A stretch of DNA of 64,000 nucleotides, taken from assembly GCA_963699545.1 (NCBI GenBank), contig CAVOUE010000011.1, forward strand, positions 1 to 64,000, given 5' to 3'. The stretch is from Nitrospirota bacterium (GTDB lineage Bacteria > Nitrospirota > Thermodesulfovibrionia > Thermodesulfovibrionales > UBA9159). The notes under the pieces are model-generated. The model was not told the DNA's origin and made no database searches. It worked only from the letters and a program-made list of their open reading frames with translations. How positions within the stretch are numbered: the first letter of the stretch is position 1; each line of letters starts with the position of its first letter. This document shows, in pieces, positions 1-11,486 of the stretch. Made by a program: the position numbers and the translations under genes.

Positions 1-567
1 CCTGGCCTTCTCAACAGAGAAGTTCACCTTCTTGACGGGACTGAACACCGAGTCTATGGCAAGCATATCCACAGGGAGATCCTCTTCCTTGTTCAACTCC
101 GAAGATACATATCCCTTTCCTTTTCTGATGTACATCTCAGCCTCAAAGGATACCCCTTTATCCAGCGTGGCGATTACCTGTTCGGGATTAAGCACCTCAA
201 TGCTTGAGTCCACATGCAAGTCCCCGCCCTTTACTTCCTTTGGACCGCTCACCTTAATGGTAGCGATTTTCTTGTTGTCCGTATACATCTTGAATCTCAG
301 CTTCTTTATGTTAAGGATAATATCCATAACATCTTCCTTCACCCCTGTGATATGGGAAAACTCGTGGAGCGCGCCCCTTATCTTCACTGCAGTGACCGCA
401 GCACCCTCCAGAGACGAAATCAAGACCCTCCTGAGGGAATTCCCTAACGTCGGGCCATAACCCCTTTCAAAAGGTTCTGCGATGAGTTTCCCATAGGTAT
501 CGGTCAATGTCTCTTCATCAAACCGAATCTTATCGGGTAATTGAAAGCCTTTTTTTCTTAAATCCAT
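1..567 (-). CDS. rpoA: RNA polymerase alpha subunit (3' part outside window)
   Basis: Hand translation from ATG at 567: MDLRKKGFQLPDKIRFDEETLTDTYGKLIAEPFERGYG..LGNSLRRVLISSLEGAAVTAVKI..LHEF; follows rpsD. Confidence 0.97.
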   Translation of the reverse strand, partial: MDLRKKGFQLPDKIRFDEETLTDTYGKLIAEPFERGYGPTLGNSLRRVLISSLEGAAVTAVKIRGALHEFSHITGVKEDVMDIILNIKKLRFKMYTDNKKIATIKVSGPKEVKGGDLHVDSSIEVLNPEQVIATLDKGVSFEAEMYIRKGKGYVSSELNKEEDLPVDMLAIDSVFSPVKKVNFSVEKAR

Positions 568-600
568 AAGGCCTCCTATGCCTTAAATTTTAACTTCGTT

Positions 601-1227
601 TTATTTGGAATATAATTCAACGATAAGCTGTTCCTGTACAGGAAGCTGTATCTCCTCCCTCGAAGGAACATGCGCAATCTTCCCCTTAAAGTTAGCCGCG
701 TCCATCTCGAGCCAGCTGGCAAGCCCGCGGTGCTCGGCCTTGGCCAGATTTTCCTGAATGGACGGTATATCTCTGCTCGACTCCCTGACCTCAACCACGT
801 CACCCGCCCGTATGCTATAGGAGGGTATGCTCACAGGTTTCCCATTTACCTTAAAATGGCCGTGCGTGATCAACTGTCTCGCCTGCCTTCTGTTTGCGGA
901 AAACCCCATCCTGTACACTACATTGTCAAGGCGGCATTCAAGGAGTTGGAGAAGGATTTCACCTGTAATGCCTTTGCGCCGTTCTGCTTCATGGAAATAT
1001 CTTCTGAACTGGGTTTCGACGAGTCCGTACGGCTTTCTCACTTTCTGTTTTTCCATCAACTGCACGCCGTAATCAGAGAGTTTTCCCCGCCTTTGTCCAT
1101 GCTGGCCCGGGGGATATTTTCTCCTCTCTACCCCACATTTCTCAGTAAAACATCTATCACCCTTGAAAAAGAGTTTTTCCCCTGCCCTCCGGCACATCCT
1201 GCATACTGACCCTATGTATCTCGACAC
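601..1227 (-). CDS. rpsD: 30S ribosomal protein S4 (Cys-containing type)
   Basis: GTG start overlapping the rpsK stop; SRYIGSVCRMCRR, PPGQHG, LECRLDNVVYR, IVELYSK. Confidence 0.98.
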   Translation of the reverse strand: MSRYIGSVCRMCRRAGEKLFFKGDRCFTEKCGVERRKYPPGQHGQRRGKLSDYGVQLMEKQKVRKPYGLVETQFRRYFHEAERRKGITGEILLQLLECRLDNVVYRMGFSANRRQARQLITHGHFKVNGKPVSIPSYSIRAGDVVEVRESSRDIPSIQENLAKAEHRGLASWLEMDAANFKGKIAHVPSREEIQLPVQEQLIVELYSK

Positions 1228-1613
1228 TACACCCTCCTCCTCTTTGGCGGTCGGCACCCGTTGTGGGGAACAGGCGTCACGTCCTTGATGAGATTAATAT
1301 CAAGACCGGCAGCCTGCAATGCCCTGATAGCAGATTCCCTTCCCGCACCGGGTCCTTTGACGAACACATCCAGTTGCTTCATGCCAAAATCCATCGCCTT
1401 TTTTGCAGCAGCCTCTGCGGCCATCTGCGCGGCATACGGCGTTCCCTTCCTTGAACCCTTAAATCCGAGACTTCCTGAACTCGACCACGCGACCACATTA
1501 CCGTTCTGATCGGTAATACTCACGATGGTGTTATTAAAGGTTGCCTGGATATGGGCGGAACCGGTATGGATGTTTTTCTTTTCTTTTTTCGAAGTCTTCT
1601 TCCTCTGAGCCAT
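1227..1613 (-). CDS. rpsK: 30S ribosomal protein S11
   Basis: [43 protein letters not shown]. Confidence 0.99.
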   Translation of the reverse strand: MAQRKKTSKKEKKNIHTGSAHIQATFNNTIVSITDQNGNVVAWSSSGSLGFKGSRKGTPYAAQMAAEAAAKKAMDFGMKQLDVFVKGPGAGRESAIRALQAAGLDINLIKDVTPVPHNGCRPPKRRRV

Positions 1614-1619
1614 AGATCG

Positions 1620-1996
1620 TTATGCCTCCTTCTTCTTGCCCACAACCAGCTTTCTAGGGCCTCTCCGTGTGCGCGCATTGGTCTTTGTCCGCTGCCCGTG
1701 GACCGGCAGACCGAGACGATGCCTCTGGCCCTCTATAATGAGCCGATGTCGGTGAGCCGTTTTACGTTCATAGACACTTCACGCCTGAGGTCACCTTCCA
1801 CCTTAAAATCCCTGTCGATGACATTTCTTATCTTTACAATGTCCTCATCTCTCAGGTCTTTCACCCGCACATTGGGGTTGACCCCTGTCTCGCCAGAATC
1901 TTCTGAGACAGTGATCTTCCCGACGCCGAATATCCGTGTAAGACCGATCTCTATCCGCTCGTTCTTGGGTAAATCTACACCAGCGATTCTCGCCAT
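1620..1996 (-). CDS. rpsM: 30S ribosomal protein S13 (apparent frameshifts)
   Basis: [20 protein letters not shown]-terminal [25 protein letters not shown] continues in another frame after ~1735. Confidence 0.95.
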
Positions 1997-2004
1997 CCCT
2001 CCTC

Positions 2005-2118
2005 CTATCCTTGTCTCTGTTTATGCCTGGGGTTCTCACAGATGATCCTTATCACGCCTTTTCTCTTCACTACCTTACATTTCGCACATTTAGATTTTAC
2101 TGATGACCTGACCTTCAT
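2005..2118 (-). CDS. rpmJ: 50S ribosomal protein L36 (37 aa, not in ORF track)
   Basis: [37 protein letters not shown]. Confidence 0.97.
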   Translation of the reverse strand: MKVRSSVKSKCAKCKVVKRKGVIRIICENPRHKQRQG

Positions 2119-2202
2119 AGTCTTCATCCACCTTTATTGCCCGTTTAAGATCAAGAACTACATCAGAACATTTCCTCTGCACGCCAATTTGGGCACCTTT
2201 TC

Positions 2203-2421
2203 CTATTTAAACCGGTAGGTTATCCGGCCCTTGGTAAGGTCATAGGGTGAGAGCTCAACCGACACCTTATCTCCGGGGAGTATCTTGATAAAATGCATCC
2301 TCATCTTCCCCGATACATATGCAAGGATAACCTTCCCATTTTCAAGCTCGACCCTGAACATCGCGTTGGGGAGCGTCTCGACGATCGTTCCCTGAACCTC
2401 TATATTCTCTTCTTTTGGCAT
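2203..2421 (-). CDS. infA: Translation initiation factor IF-1
   Basis: [46 protein letters not shown]. Confidence 0.99.
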   Translation of the reverse strand: MPKEENIEVQGTIVETLPNAMFRVELENGKVILAYVSGKMRMHFIKILPGDKVSVELSPYDLTKGRITYRFK

Positions 2422-2442
2422 TAGCTTTAAATTATAATGACT

Positions 2443-3192
2443 TTAGTCAGTTTTAGTCAAGATTCTCGGCCCGTTTCCCGTTATGGCAACCGTATGCTCA
2501 TAATGCGCCGAGAGGCTGCCGTCAATAGTAACCGCGGTCCAGCCGTCATCAAGGACAGAAACCTCATAGCTCCCTGCGTTCACCATAGGTTCTATGGCCA
2601 GGGTCATCCCCTCCCTGAGTCTTGGTCCGTGACCGGGTTCTCCGAAGTTCGGGACCTGGGGCTCCTCGTGCAGAGACCTGCCAATCCCATGGCCGACAAA
2701 GGATCTCACGACAGAGAAGCCATTCGCCTCCGCGTGCTTCTGTACCGCATGGGATATGTCGGATACCCTATTGCCGGGCCTCGCCCTCTCTATGCCGAGG
2801 GCAAGGGCCTCTTTCGTAACCCTGATAAGCTTCTCGGCCAGCGGACTTACCTTTCCCACAGGCAAGGTAACCGCTGCATCGCCGTAAAATCCGTCAAGAT
2901 AGACCCCCAGGTCGATGCTGATGATGTCCCCCTCATCCAATGCCACAGATGAGGGAATACCGTGAACGACCTGATCATTCACAGAGGTACAGACGCTTGA
3001 AGGATAGTTCCTGTATCCCTTGAAAGCAGGGACAGCTCCCCTGTCCAGCACTATCTTCTCGACAAACCGCTCGATCTCCTTCGTCGAGATCCCTGGTTTA
3101 ACGATCTCTTCCAGGGCTCTGAGCGCCTCCGCCACGATGACACATGCACGGGACATCCTCTTAATCTCCTCAGGAGACTTCAGGATGATCAT
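2443..3192 (-). CDS. map: Type I methionine aminopeptidase
   Basis: CTSVND.VVHGIP, GHGIG..LHEEP, AIEPM, SAHYEHT. Confidence 0.98.
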   Translation of the reverse strand: MIILKSPEEIKRMSRACVIVAEALRALEEIVKPGISTKEIERFVEKIVLDRGAVPAFKGYRNYPSSVCTSVNDQVVHGIPSSVALDEGDIISIDLGVYLDGFYGDAAVTLPVGKVSPLAEKLIRVTKEALALGIERARPGNRVSDISHAVQKHAEANGFSVVRSFVGHGIGRSLHEEPQVPNFGEPGHGPRLREGMTLAIEPMVNAGSYEVSVLDDGWTAVTIDGSLSAHYEHTVAITGNGPRILTKTD

Positions 3193-3288
3193 CCCCGCAC
3201 ACCCTCTATTTCTTTTTCAAAGACCCGACTATAAAAGGGATCCCTGCGGTTCTCCCGAACATATCCTTTTTTGCTGCACCAACCTCTT

Positions 3289-4593
3289 TCATCTCCTTCC
3301 CTTGATCCTTCCCTTCTTCAGAAATCCCTCGTACGACCGGGTCAGGAGATGAGACTCTATCTGGGAAACGGTATCCAGGGCAACACCGATGACGATCAGG
3401 AGGGACGTGCCGCCAAAATAGAACGGAACATTGAATTTCTTTATAAGCACCTCAGGGATAACGCACACAATGGCAAGGTAGATTGCGCCGATAAAGGTCA
3501 GCCTGGAAAGAACCTTGTAGATGTATTCCGAGGTCTTTTGTCCCGGCCTGATCCCGGGGATATACCCTCCATATTTTTTCAGATTATCCGCAATGTCAAC
3601 CGGGTTGAACACAATAGCGGTATAGAAATAACTGAAGAAGAATATCAGGCCGACATAAATCAGGGTATAAACTGTTGAACCGGGGGAAAGCTGCTGCGCC
3701 ACCCCTTGAACCCACGGTACCGCAATAAACCCGGCCACCGTTGCGGGGAACATAATAATCGAGGAGGCGAATATGGGAGGGATAACCCCGGAGGTGTTGA
3801 TCTTCAGGGGGAGATGGGTGCTCTGTCCCCCATAGACCTTCCTTCCGACAACCCTTTTTGCATACTGTACCGGGATCTTCCTTTGTCCGCGTTCGATGAA
3901 CACAATGGCCCCCACCACTCCAACCATCATGGCCACAAGGAAGATGACGAAGAAGATTGACAGTTCACCCGCCTGGACAAGCCGGAAAGTGCTTACTACC
4001 GCATTGGGGAACCGGGCAACGATCCCCGCAAAAATAATGAGGGATATCCCGTTTCCGATACCCCGTTCGGTGATCTGCTCTCCCAGCCACATAATGAATG
4101 CTGTCCCGGAAGTGAGGGTGATCATCGTGAGCAAACGGAAAGACCAGCCGGGGTTCTGGATGAATACTCCCTGGGCCATGCTCTCAAGTCCCACGGCAAT
4201 CCCGAAGGACTGAATGGCGCTGATGACAACAGTGGCATACCGCGTATATTTGATGATTTTTTTCCGCCCCGCCTCCCCTTCTTTTGCCAGTTTCCCGATG
4301 GCGGGAATGACAACGGTGAGCAGCTGAAAGATAATGGAAGCGCTGATGTAAGGCATGATACCGAGAGCGAATATGGTAACCCTGGACAGAGCACCTCCCG
4401 AAAACATATCGAAAAAGCCCATGAGCGCGCCGCCTTTGTCCGCAAGGAATTTGCTCAGTTCCTCGCCGTTTATCCCGGGGGTCGGGATATGGCAGCCGAT
4501 ACGGTACACCGTCAGGAGAGCCAGGGTAAAGAGCACCCTGCTCTTCAGTTCGGGTATCTTGAATATATTCTGGAAAGCTGTGAGGACCCGCAA
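3289..4593 (-). CDS. secY: Preprotein translocase subunit SecY
   Basis: IFALGIMPYISASII, GIGNGISLIIFAGI, IPGIRPG, FGGTSLLI. Confidence 0.99.
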   Translation of the reverse strand: MRVLTAFQNIFKIPELKSRVLFTLALLTVYRIGCHIPTPGINGEELSKFLADKGGALMGFFDMFSGGALSRVTIFALGIMPYISASIIFQLLTVVIPAIGKLAKEGEAGRKKIIKYTRYATVVISAIQSFGIAVGLESMAQGVFIQNPGWSFRLLTMITLTSGTAFIMWLGEQITERGIGNGISLIIFAGIVARFPNAVVSTFRLVQAGELSIFFVIFLVAMMVGVVGAIVFIERGQRKIPVQYAKRVVGRKVYGGQSTHLPLKINTSGVIPPIFASSIIMFPATVAGFIAVPWVQGVAQQLSPGSTVYTLIYVGLIFFFSYFYTAIVFNPVDIADNLKKYGGYIPGIRPGQKTSEYIYKVLSRLTFIGAIYLAIVCVIPEVLIKKFNVPFYFGGTSLLIVIGVALDTVSQIESHLLTRSYEGFLKKGRIKGRR

Positions 4594-5037
4594 TCAGATC
4601 ACCTCTGCCTTGCCGCCTGCAGCGGCGATCTTCTCCCGGGCAGCCGAGCTGAAAGCATGAGCCTTCACCGTGATGGGTTTCTTGATGTCGCCATTGCCGA
4701 GGACCTTCAGGCCGTCTTTGAGATCCTTCACTACCCCCCTTTCGCGGAGAACATCGGGGGTGATCATGCTCAGATCCTCGACCTTCGAGATATCCTTCAG
4801 ATTTATCACCGCATATTCTTTGGAAAAGGGATAGTTTGTGAACCCCCTCTTCGGAAGCCTTCTCTGGAGCGGCATCTGGCCCCCTTCGAAGCCGGCGCCC
4901 TTTGTGCCGCCGGACCGGGCCTTCTGCCCTTTATGACCTTTGCCTGAGGTTTTGCCGAGGCCCGAACCGACACCCCGTCCGACCCTCCTGTCACCTCTCC
5001 TGCTGCCTTCTGCTGGTTTGAGATCTTCTATCCTCAT
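4594..5037 (-). CDS. rplO: 50S ribosomal protein L15
   Basis: [33 protein letters not shown]. Confidence 0.99.
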   Translation of the reverse strand: MRIEDLKPAEGSRRGDRRVGRGVGSGLGKTSGKGHKGQKARSGGTKGAGFEGGQMPLQRRLPKRGFTNYPFSKEYAVINLKDISKVEDLSMITPDVLRERGVVKDLKDGLKVLGNGDIKKPITVKAHAFSSAAREKIAAAGGKAEVI

Positions 5038-5579
5038 AGTATGTTATTCCTTTTCGCCCCGGCGAATCTCCATGTGTCCTGAGCTTCCATTTCCTCCTCT
5101 GACCCTCTTCTCATCTTCGTAACGACGTGGGGGTCCTTAAGCCTTGAGAGCCCGTCAATGGTCGCTTTCACCGTATTAAAGGGATTGTGCCCGCCAAGGG
5201 CCTTTGCCACGACATCCTGAATCCCTGCCACCTCAAGAATAGCCCTTACCGCACCGCCCGCAATCAGCCCTGTCCCCTTCAGCGCCGGGTTCATGATGAC
5301 AGTACCTGCACCGAATTGTCCGATGATCCGGTGAGGGATGGTCCCCTCATTTACCGGGAACCTGATCAGGGACTTCTTTGCCTGTTCTATTGCCTTCCGT
5401 ATCGCTTCAGGAACTTCAGCAGCCTTGCCCTTTCCGATGCCGACGATGCCGCTGCCGTCACCAACAACAACGAGAGCGCTGAAAGAGAACCTTCTTCCGC
5501 CCTTCACGACTTTCGCAACTCTATTGATGTAAACAACTTTGTCCTTCAGGTTCAGTCCTTCTGGGTCAATCCTTGCCAC
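5034..5579 (-). CDS. rpsE: 30S ribosomal protein S5
   Basis: [36 protein letters not shown]; true C-terminus uncertain. Confidence 0.98.
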   Translation of the reverse strand: MARIDPEGLNLKDKVVYINRVAKVVKGGRRFSFSALVVVGDGSGIVGIGKGKAAEVPEAIRKAIEQAKKSLIRFPVNEGTIPHRIIGQFGAGTVIMNPALKGTGLIAGGAVRAILEVAGIQDVVAKALGGHNPFNTVKATIDGLSRLKDPHVVTKMRRGSEEEMEAQDTWRFAGAKRNNIL

Positions 5580-5600
5580 TCTGCCTCCTGCACATAAAGA

Positions 5601-5963
5601 TTAGAACTCTAGTCCCGCTTCTCTGGCACTGTCGGCCAGAGCCTTTACCCGACCGTGATACCGATATCCGCCTCTATCAAAAACCACTTTCTTCAACCCT
5701 TTTCCCAGGGCTCGACGTGCGATAAGTTCTCCCACCTTCTTGGCCATGCCCACATTGCCTTTGTGACTCTTCTGGTCACCCAGTTCCTTGTCGAGGGTCG
5801 AAGCGGCTACAATGGTATTTCCCTTTGTATCGTCTATGACCTGCGCATATACATGATTCAGGCTTCTATACACCGTAAGCCTCGGCCTCTCAGGTGTCCC
5901 AGCGACCTTTTTCCTGAGCCTCTGGTGACGCCTGTCTCTGCTTTCTTTTGTCTCTCTACTCAA
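5601..5963 (-). CDS. rplR: 50S ribosomal protein L18
   Basis: [27 protein letters not shown]. Confidence 0.99.
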   Translation of the reverse strand: MSRETKESRDRRHQRLRKKVAGTPERPRLTVYRSLNHVYAQVIDDTKGNTIVAASTLDKELGDQKSHKGNVGMAKKVGELIARRALGKGLKKVVFDRGGYRYHGRVKALADSAREAGLEF

Positions 5964-5982
5964 GCCACCAACCTCCCATCAC

Positions 5983-6525
5983 CTATTTTTTGCCAGCCTT
6001 CCCAACCTTGAGCTTTAACCTCTGACCGGCGTAGCGGACGCCTTTCCCTTTGTACGCGTCCGGGGGCCTCAAAGCCCTGATATTTGCCGCCACCTGACCC
6101 ACCTGCTGCTTATCGATCCCTGTAACGGTAAGGGTTGTCTGCTTCTGATCCACCGCCGCAGCAACCCCCGGAGGAAGCTGGAACTCTATGGGATGGGAAT
6201 ACCCAAGGGTAAATACGATCTTGTTTCCCTGAACCTGGGCGCGATACCCCACACCGGTTATCTCAAGAACCCTCTGGTAGCCCTGGGAAACCCCTGTCAC
6301 CATGTTCGCCACAAGACTTCTTGAAAGTCCGTGCAACGACCTCTCCGGCTTGGAATCCCCGGCCCGCTTCACCAGCACCTTGCCTTCAGCCAGCGAGAAG
6401 CTCACCGCCTCAGGGCAGCTCCAGTTCAGTTCCCCCTTAGGTCCCTTGACCCTGATGGTGTTCCCGTCAAGTTTCACGTCCACCCCGCCGGGAATATCTA
6501 TAGGTTTCTTACCGATCCTTGACAT
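5983..6525 (-). CDS. rplF: 50S ribosomal protein L6
   Basis: MSRIGKKPI, LGYSHP, PDAYKGKGVRY. Confidence 0.99.
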   Translation of the reverse strand: MSRIGKKPIDIPGGVDVKLDGNTIRVKGPKGELNWSCPEAVSFSLAEGKVLVKRAGDSKPERSLHGLSRSLVANMVTGVSQGYQRVLEITGVGYRAQVQGNKIVFTLGYSHPIEFQLPPGVAAAVDQKQTTLTVTGIDKQQVGQVAANIRALRPPDAYKGKGVRYAGQRLKLKVGKAGKK

Positions 6526-6537
6526 CCTTTTCTCTCC

Positions 6538-6930
6538 TTACCAGACGTAACAGATCACTTCTCCGCCGACACTTTCACGACGGCATGTCCTGTCACTCAA
6601 TATTCCCTGGGGCGTGGTGAGGATGGCAATCCCGACCCCTCCCATTACCCTGGGGATCTCTTTACTGCCCACATACACCCTTCGCCCCGGCTTGCTCACC
6701 CTTTTCAGGCCCGAGATAACGTTGTCGTTGTCCGCGTATTTGAGCGTCAACCTGAGGATCCCCTGCCTCTTGTCCTTCAATATCTTGTATGCCCTGATAA
6801 AACCCTCCTCCTTGAGGATCTTTGCGATCTCCAGTTTGATCCTCGAAGCAGGGACATCGACCTTCTCCGACTTGATGAGGGCCGCATTTCTTATCCTCGT
6901 GAGCATGTCTGCTAACGGGTCAGTCATCAT
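6538..6930 (-). CDS. rpsH: 30S ribosomal protein S8
   Basis: [32 protein letters not shown]. Confidence 0.99.
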   Translation of the reverse strand: MMTDPLADMLTRIRNAALIKSEKVDVPASRIKLEIAKILKEEGFIRAYKILKDKRQGILRLTLKYADNDNVISGLKRVSKPGRRVYVGSKEIPRVMGGVGIAILTTPQGILSDRTCRRESVGGEVICYVW

Positions 6931-6940
6931 TTTCGCACCT

Positions 6941-7126
6941 CTACCAGCTTGATTTTGTCACACCGGGGATCTGACCCCGAAGCGCCAGTGTTCTGAAACA
7001 GATCCTGCACATTCCAAACCTTCTGAGAAAACCCCTTGGCCTTCCGCACACCCTGCACCGGTTGTATTTCCTTACCCCGAACTTGGGCGGTGTCTTGAGC
7101 TTTTCTATCATGCATTTCTTTGCCAT
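6941..7126 (-). CDS. rpsN: 30S ribosomal protein S14, short zinc-binding (type Z) form
   Basis: [38 protein letters not shown]. Confidence 0.98.
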   Translation of the reverse strand: MAKKCMIEKLKTPPKFGVRKYNRCRVCGRPRGFLRRFGMCRICFRTLALRGQIPGVTKSSW

Positions 7127-7217
7127 TCTCACCTCTCCGTCACATTAACGATCGTTGAATTCAGACGTATGACCAAAAGACCCGTGCTCATACATCCACA
7201 ATCTGCACGCATGCAGC

Positions 7218-7761
7218 TCATTTCCTGAAAGGCATCCCCAGATGCTTCAGAAGGGCCTTCGCCTCTGCATCCGTTCTCGCAGATGTGCATATGGCGATGT
7301 CCATCCCGTGCACCATCTCGACCTTGTCATAATCTATCTCCGGGAATATGAACTGCTCCTTTATTCCCAGGGAATAATTCCCTTTTCCGTCAAATGCCCT
7401 GGTGAGAGACCCCTTTAAAATCCCTGATGCGCGGAAGCGCCGCGCTGATAAGCCTGTCAAGGAACTCGAACATCCTGTTCCCCCGCAAGGTCACCTTGCA
7501 CCCGATCGGCATCCCTTTTCTGAGCTTGAATCCGGCAATGGATTTCTTGGCATTTGTGGTCACCGCTTTCTGACCGCTAATCATCGAAAGCTCCTTCTGT
7601 GCCGCATCCAGGAGTTTGATATTCTGAATAGCCTCGCCAAGCCCGACATTCAGCACCACTTTTTCCACTTTCGGAACCTGCATGATGGTCCTGTAGGAAA
7701 ACTCCTTCATCAAAGCCGGTACAACAGCCTTCGTGTATTTCTCCCTCAGTCGTGGAGCCAT
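7218..7761 (-). CDS. rplE: 50S ribosomal protein L5 (frameshift ~7400)
   Basis: N-part [18 protein letters not shown]-part [24 protein letters not shown] in another frame. Confidence 0.96.
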
Positions 7762-8081
7762 CACTGGTCTATGACCTCCTTACATTTCTTGCACGTCCGT
7801 ACCTTCCTGCCGCTCTCCATAACGAGGTTGGCGATCCGGGTTGCCTTGCTGCATTTCGGACATACAAGGATCACATTTGATATATGGACAGGCGCTTCCT
7901 TCTCGATGATCCCGCCCTGAGCATATTTCCTGTTCGGTTTCATATGTCTCTTGATGATGTTCACCTTTTCTATGATCAGCTGGGATTTCGACGGCATGAC
8001 CGAAAGGACTCTTCCCTTCTTGCCTTTCTCTTTGCCAGCGGTCACCAGGACCGTATCTTCTTTCTTAATTCCTAACCCCAT
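7761..8081 (-). CDS. rplX: 50S ribosomal protein L24
   Basis: [34 protein letters not shown]. Confidence 0.98.
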   Translation of the reverse strand: MGLGIKKEDTVLVTAGKEKGKKGRVLSVMPSKSQLIIEKVNIIKRHMKPNRKYAQGGIIEKEAPVHISNVILVCPKCSKATRIANLVMESGRKVRTCKKCKEVIDQ

Positions 8082-8101
8082 GTAACCTCCACGCCCATCG
8101 T

Positions 8102-8470
8102 CTAAAGAACCTCGGGTGCCAGCGAAATGATCTTCATGAACTCTTTCCATCTGAGTTCCCTGGCAACAGGACCAAATATTCTGGTGCCGATGGGCTCATT
8201 CTGAGCATTGATCAGCACCACCGCATTCTGGTCAAACCGTATATAGGTACCGTCAGGTCTCCTGTGCTCTTTCTTCGTCCTCACCACCACTGCCTTGGCC
8301 TTCTCACCCTTCTTGATATTACTGTCAGGAATCGCTTCCTTAACGCTCACCACCACGATATCGCCAAGCCTCGCATACCTCCTGAGAGAGCCGCCCATAA
8401 CCTTTATGCACTGGACCCTCTTTGCTCCCGAATTGTCAGCCACCTCAAGTATGCTTCTCGGTTGAATCAT
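8102..8470 (-). CDS. rplN: 50S ribosomal protein L14
   Basis: [29 protein letters not shown]. Confidence 0.99.
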   Translation of the reverse strand: MIQPRSILEVADNSGAKRVQCIKVMGGSLRRYARLGDIVVVSVKEAIPDSNIKKGEKAKAVVVRTKKEHRRPDGTYIRFDQNAVVLINAQNEPIGTRIFGPVARELRWKEFMKIISLAPEVL

Positions 8471-8483
8471 CTCTTTTAACCTT

Positions 8484-8726
8484 TCACGCCTTTGCTATGA
8501 TCTCTAGGACAGCCCACCTCTTCTCCTTGCTCAGCGGCCTGGCCTCGACTATGGATACCGTATCTCCAACCTTACACTTGTTTTCCTCGTCATGGGCCTT
8601 GAACTTTGTCACCTTTTTCACCGTCTTTTTATAGACCGGATGCTGATAGAGCCGCGTGACGCCCACCACCACCGTCTTGTCCATCCTGTCGCTCAAAACC
8701 TTTCCCGTATATACCTTCTTCGGCAT
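8484..8726 (-). CDS. rpsQ: 30S ribosomal protein S17
   Basis: [31 protein letters not shown]. Confidence 0.98.
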   Translation of the reverse strand: MPKKVYTGKVLSDRMDKTVVVGVTRLYQHPVYKKTVKKVTKFKAHDEENKCKVGDTVSIVEARPLSKEKRWAVLEIIAKA

Positions 8727-8728
8727 GG

Positions 8729-8923
8729 CTACTTTCCTCTCTGCATCTCAGTCATTACCGTGAGAACCCTTGCGATGTCCTTCCTGATGGCACGGATGCG
8801 CATGGGATTTTCCACCTCGCCCGTGGCGAGACGGAACCTGAGATTGAACAATTCTTTCCTGAGTTCCTGTTCCTTCTGCTTCAGTTCATCAATGGATAAT
8901 GCTCTGACGGCCGAGGGCTTCAT
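8729..8923 (-). CDS. rpmC: 50S ribosomal protein L29
   Basis: ELFNLRF..ATG..ENP.RIR..RKDIAR. Confidence 0.97.
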   Translation of the reverse strand: MKPSAVRALSIDELKQKEQELRKELFNLRFRLATGEVENPMRIRAIRKDIARVLTVMTEMQRGK

Positions 8924-9340
8924 AGGACCTTTTCCTCTCTTTTCACAAATTTGGTCGCAATGGGAAGCTTGTATGAAGCCAGCCTCAGGGCTGACTTTGC
9001 CAATTCCTCGGTCACTCCCGACATTTCATAGAGAACCCGTCCGGACTTCACCACCGCCACCCAGTATTCAGGTGACCCCTTGCCTTTCCCCATTCTCGTT
9101 TCAGCGGGCTTCTTTGTTATCGGTTTATCGGGGAATATCCGTATCCAGACCTTACATCCCCTCTTCACATGCCGCGTGATAGCAATTCTGGCGGCCTCTA
9201 TCTGACGCGAGGAAACCCATCCCGGCTCGAGGGCCTTGAGCCCGAACTCGCCAAAGGAGACGTCAGAACCCCTGTAGGCCTTTGCCGTTCATCCTGCCTT
9301 TCTGCATCTTCCTGAATTTGACTTTCTTCGGCATTAACAT
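8920..9340 (-). CDS. rplP: 50S ribosomal protein L16 (frameshift ~9290)
   Basis: [16 protein letters not shown] at 9340; [24 protein letters not shown]. Confidence 0.96.
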
Positions 9341-10032
9341 TTATCGTTCACCTCTTTGCGATCCTCAGGCAACCTGCTGACCTTGCCCGGCTCTCATCGA
9401 TTCGGGGAATACATCTCCGTTGTATATCCAGACCTTAACCCCGATCTTCCCGTAGGTCGTCTTCGCCTCAGTAAAACCAAAATCAATGTCGGCCCTGAAG
9501 GTGTGAAGAGGCACCCTGCCTTCCCTGTACCATTCGGATCTCGCAATTTCAGCCCCTGCCAGCCTTCCGGCGCAGGCAACTTTTATTCCCAGAGCGCCCC
9601 GAAACGCTCAGGGCAGATGCAACAGCCTTCTTCATGGCCCTTCTGAAGGCCACCCTCTTTTCAAGCTGAAGGGCGATATTCTCTGCCACAAGCTGGGCAT
9701 CCAGTTCCGGTTTTCTTATCTCCTTGATATCAATGGCAGCTTCCCGTCCGGTAACGGCCTTCCAGTTCCTTCCTCAGCTTTTCGACCTCCGCGCCTTTCT
9801 TGCCTATGATGATCCCCGGCCTGGCGGTATGGATGATGATCCTGATCTTCTGGCCCATCCGCTCTATCTCAATGCGGGCGACTCCTGCGTGATAGAGCTT
9901 CGCCTTTATCATCTTCCGTATGTTGATGTCCTCTATCAACTGGTCGGCATACCCCTTTTTCAGATACCACCGCGAATCCCATGTCCTTGTAATGCCTAAC
10001 CTGTTCCCTACCGGATGCGTCTTCTGGCCCAA
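9341..10032 (-). CDS. rpsC: 30S ribosomal protein S3 (several frameshifts)
   Basis: [45 protein letters not shown] and [13 protein letters not shown] in shifted frames. Confidence 0.95.
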
Positions 10033-10043
10033 ACTTACCTCCT

Positions 10044-10377
10044 TTATTCTCCCGATATTACCAGTGTTATATGTGAAGTCCTCTTCCTTATGACATTTGC
10101 CCGACCCATGGACCTGGGCTCCATCCTTTTCATCACCGGGCCCTGGTCGACAACCCCCATGCTTATGACCATTTCTTCGGGGTTCGCCGCCTTCTTCTGT
10201 TCGGCATTTGCCATGGCTGATTTGAGGATCTTCTCCACAAAATGAGATCCCCTGTAAGGCATGAACCTCAGGGCTATCAGGGCTTCCCCGGCTTTTCTGC
10301 CCCTGATGAGGTCAACCACTCTCCTCGCCTTTCGCGGGAGTTATCCGCGCATATCGTAATGTTGCCTTAGCGTCCAT
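10044..10377 (-). CDS. rplV: 50S ribosomal protein L22 (frameshift ~10335)
   Basis: MDAKATLRYARITP; KILKSAMANAE, GRANVIRKRTSHIT. Confidence 0.96.
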
Positions 10378-10380
10378 TTA

Positions 10381-10662
10381 TTACCCCTTTGCCTCTGCCT
10401 TCGCTGAGCCTGAATGACCCCTGAACGTCCGGGTGGGTGAAAATTCGCCCAATTTATGTCCGATCATATTTTCCGTCACATATACCGGGATAAACTTCTT
10501 GCCGTTGTGTACCGCAAAGGTAAACCCGATGAAGTCGGGGATAATGGTGGAGCGGCGCGACCACGTCTTGATGATCTTCTTCTCTCCGGAATCCATCATC
10601 AGCTGCACCTTCTTCATCAACTTCACATCCACAAAAGGACCTTTCTTTAAGGACCTGGGCAT
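10381..10662 (-). CDS. rpsS: 30S ribosomal protein S19
   Basis: [31 protein letters not shown]. Confidence 0.99.
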   Translation of the reverse strand: MPRSLKKGPFVDVKLMKKVQLMMDSGEKKIIKTWSRRSTIIPDFIGFTFAVHNGKKFIPVYVTENMIGHKLGEFSPTRTFRGHSGSAKAEAKG

Positions 10663-11486
10663 TATTTACCTCCTCGCCTCTTAACAATAAATTTATCGGT
10701 TCTCCTGTTCTGCCGGGTCTTTACACCTTCCGGTTTACCCCACGGCGAGCACGGGGGTCTTCCGCCTGAACTTCTTCCCTCTCCGCCGCCAAGCGGATGG
10801 TCAACCGGGTTCATGGCCACCCCTCTCACATGAGGTCTCTTGCCCATCCAGCGGACCCTTCCCGCCTTGCCGAGGGAGATATTCTCATGCTCAGGATTGC
10901 TCACCTGACCGATAGTAGCCATGCACAATGAGGGAATAAGCCGGACCTCTCCTGAAGAGAGTTTCACGTGGCTGTAGTCTTCTGCCTTTGCGATGAGCTG
11001 TGCCGACAAACCGGCACTGCGGACAAGCTTTGCTCCCCCTCCCGGCCGCAGTTCAACATTATGGATGAAGGTGCCAAGGGGGATCTCATTCAACGGAAGG
11101 GCATTGCCTGTTTTGATCTCAACCCCTTTGCCTGAAATAACATCATCGCCGACCTTCAGCCCCTGCGGCGAGACAACGTAGCGTCTCTCACCGTCCCTGT
11201 ATCTCAGCAGGGCGATCCTCGCCGACCTGTTCGGATCATATTCTATGGTCTCTACCACGGCCGGAACACCGTGTTTATCCCGCTTGAAATCGATCACCCT
11301 GAAGAGCCTCTTGTTTCCTCCGCCCCTCTGCCAGGCAGTAACGCGACCATAGCTGTTCCTGCCCCCTGTCTTCTTGAGCGCTCTGAGCAGAGGTTCATAG
11401 GGCTTGTCAGTGGTAATCTCACCGAAGTCGGATACCGTCTGGAATCTTCTGCCGGGTGATGTCGGATTATATTTTTTCACTGCCAT
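10662..11486 (-). CDS. rplB: 50S ribosomal protein L2
   Basis: [29 protein letters not shown]. Confidence 0.99.
   Translation of the reverse strand: MAVKKYNPTSPGRRFQTVSDFGEITTDKPYEPLLRALKKTGGRNSYGRVTAWQRGGGNKRLFRVIDFKRDKHGVPAVVETIEYDPNRSARIALLRYRDGERRYVVSPQGLKVGDDVISGKGVEIKTGNALPLNEIPLGTFIHNVELRPGGGAKLVRSAGLSAQLIAKAEDYSHVKLSSGEVRLIPSLCMATIGQVSNPEHENISLGKAGRVRWMGKRPHVRGVAMNPVDHPLGGGEGRSSGGRPPCSPWGKPEGVKTRQNRRTDKFIVKRRGGK

Noticed and set aside
7133-7217. Unusually long rplE-rpsN spacer
   Set aside because: No convincing ORF, stable hairpin or repeat found.
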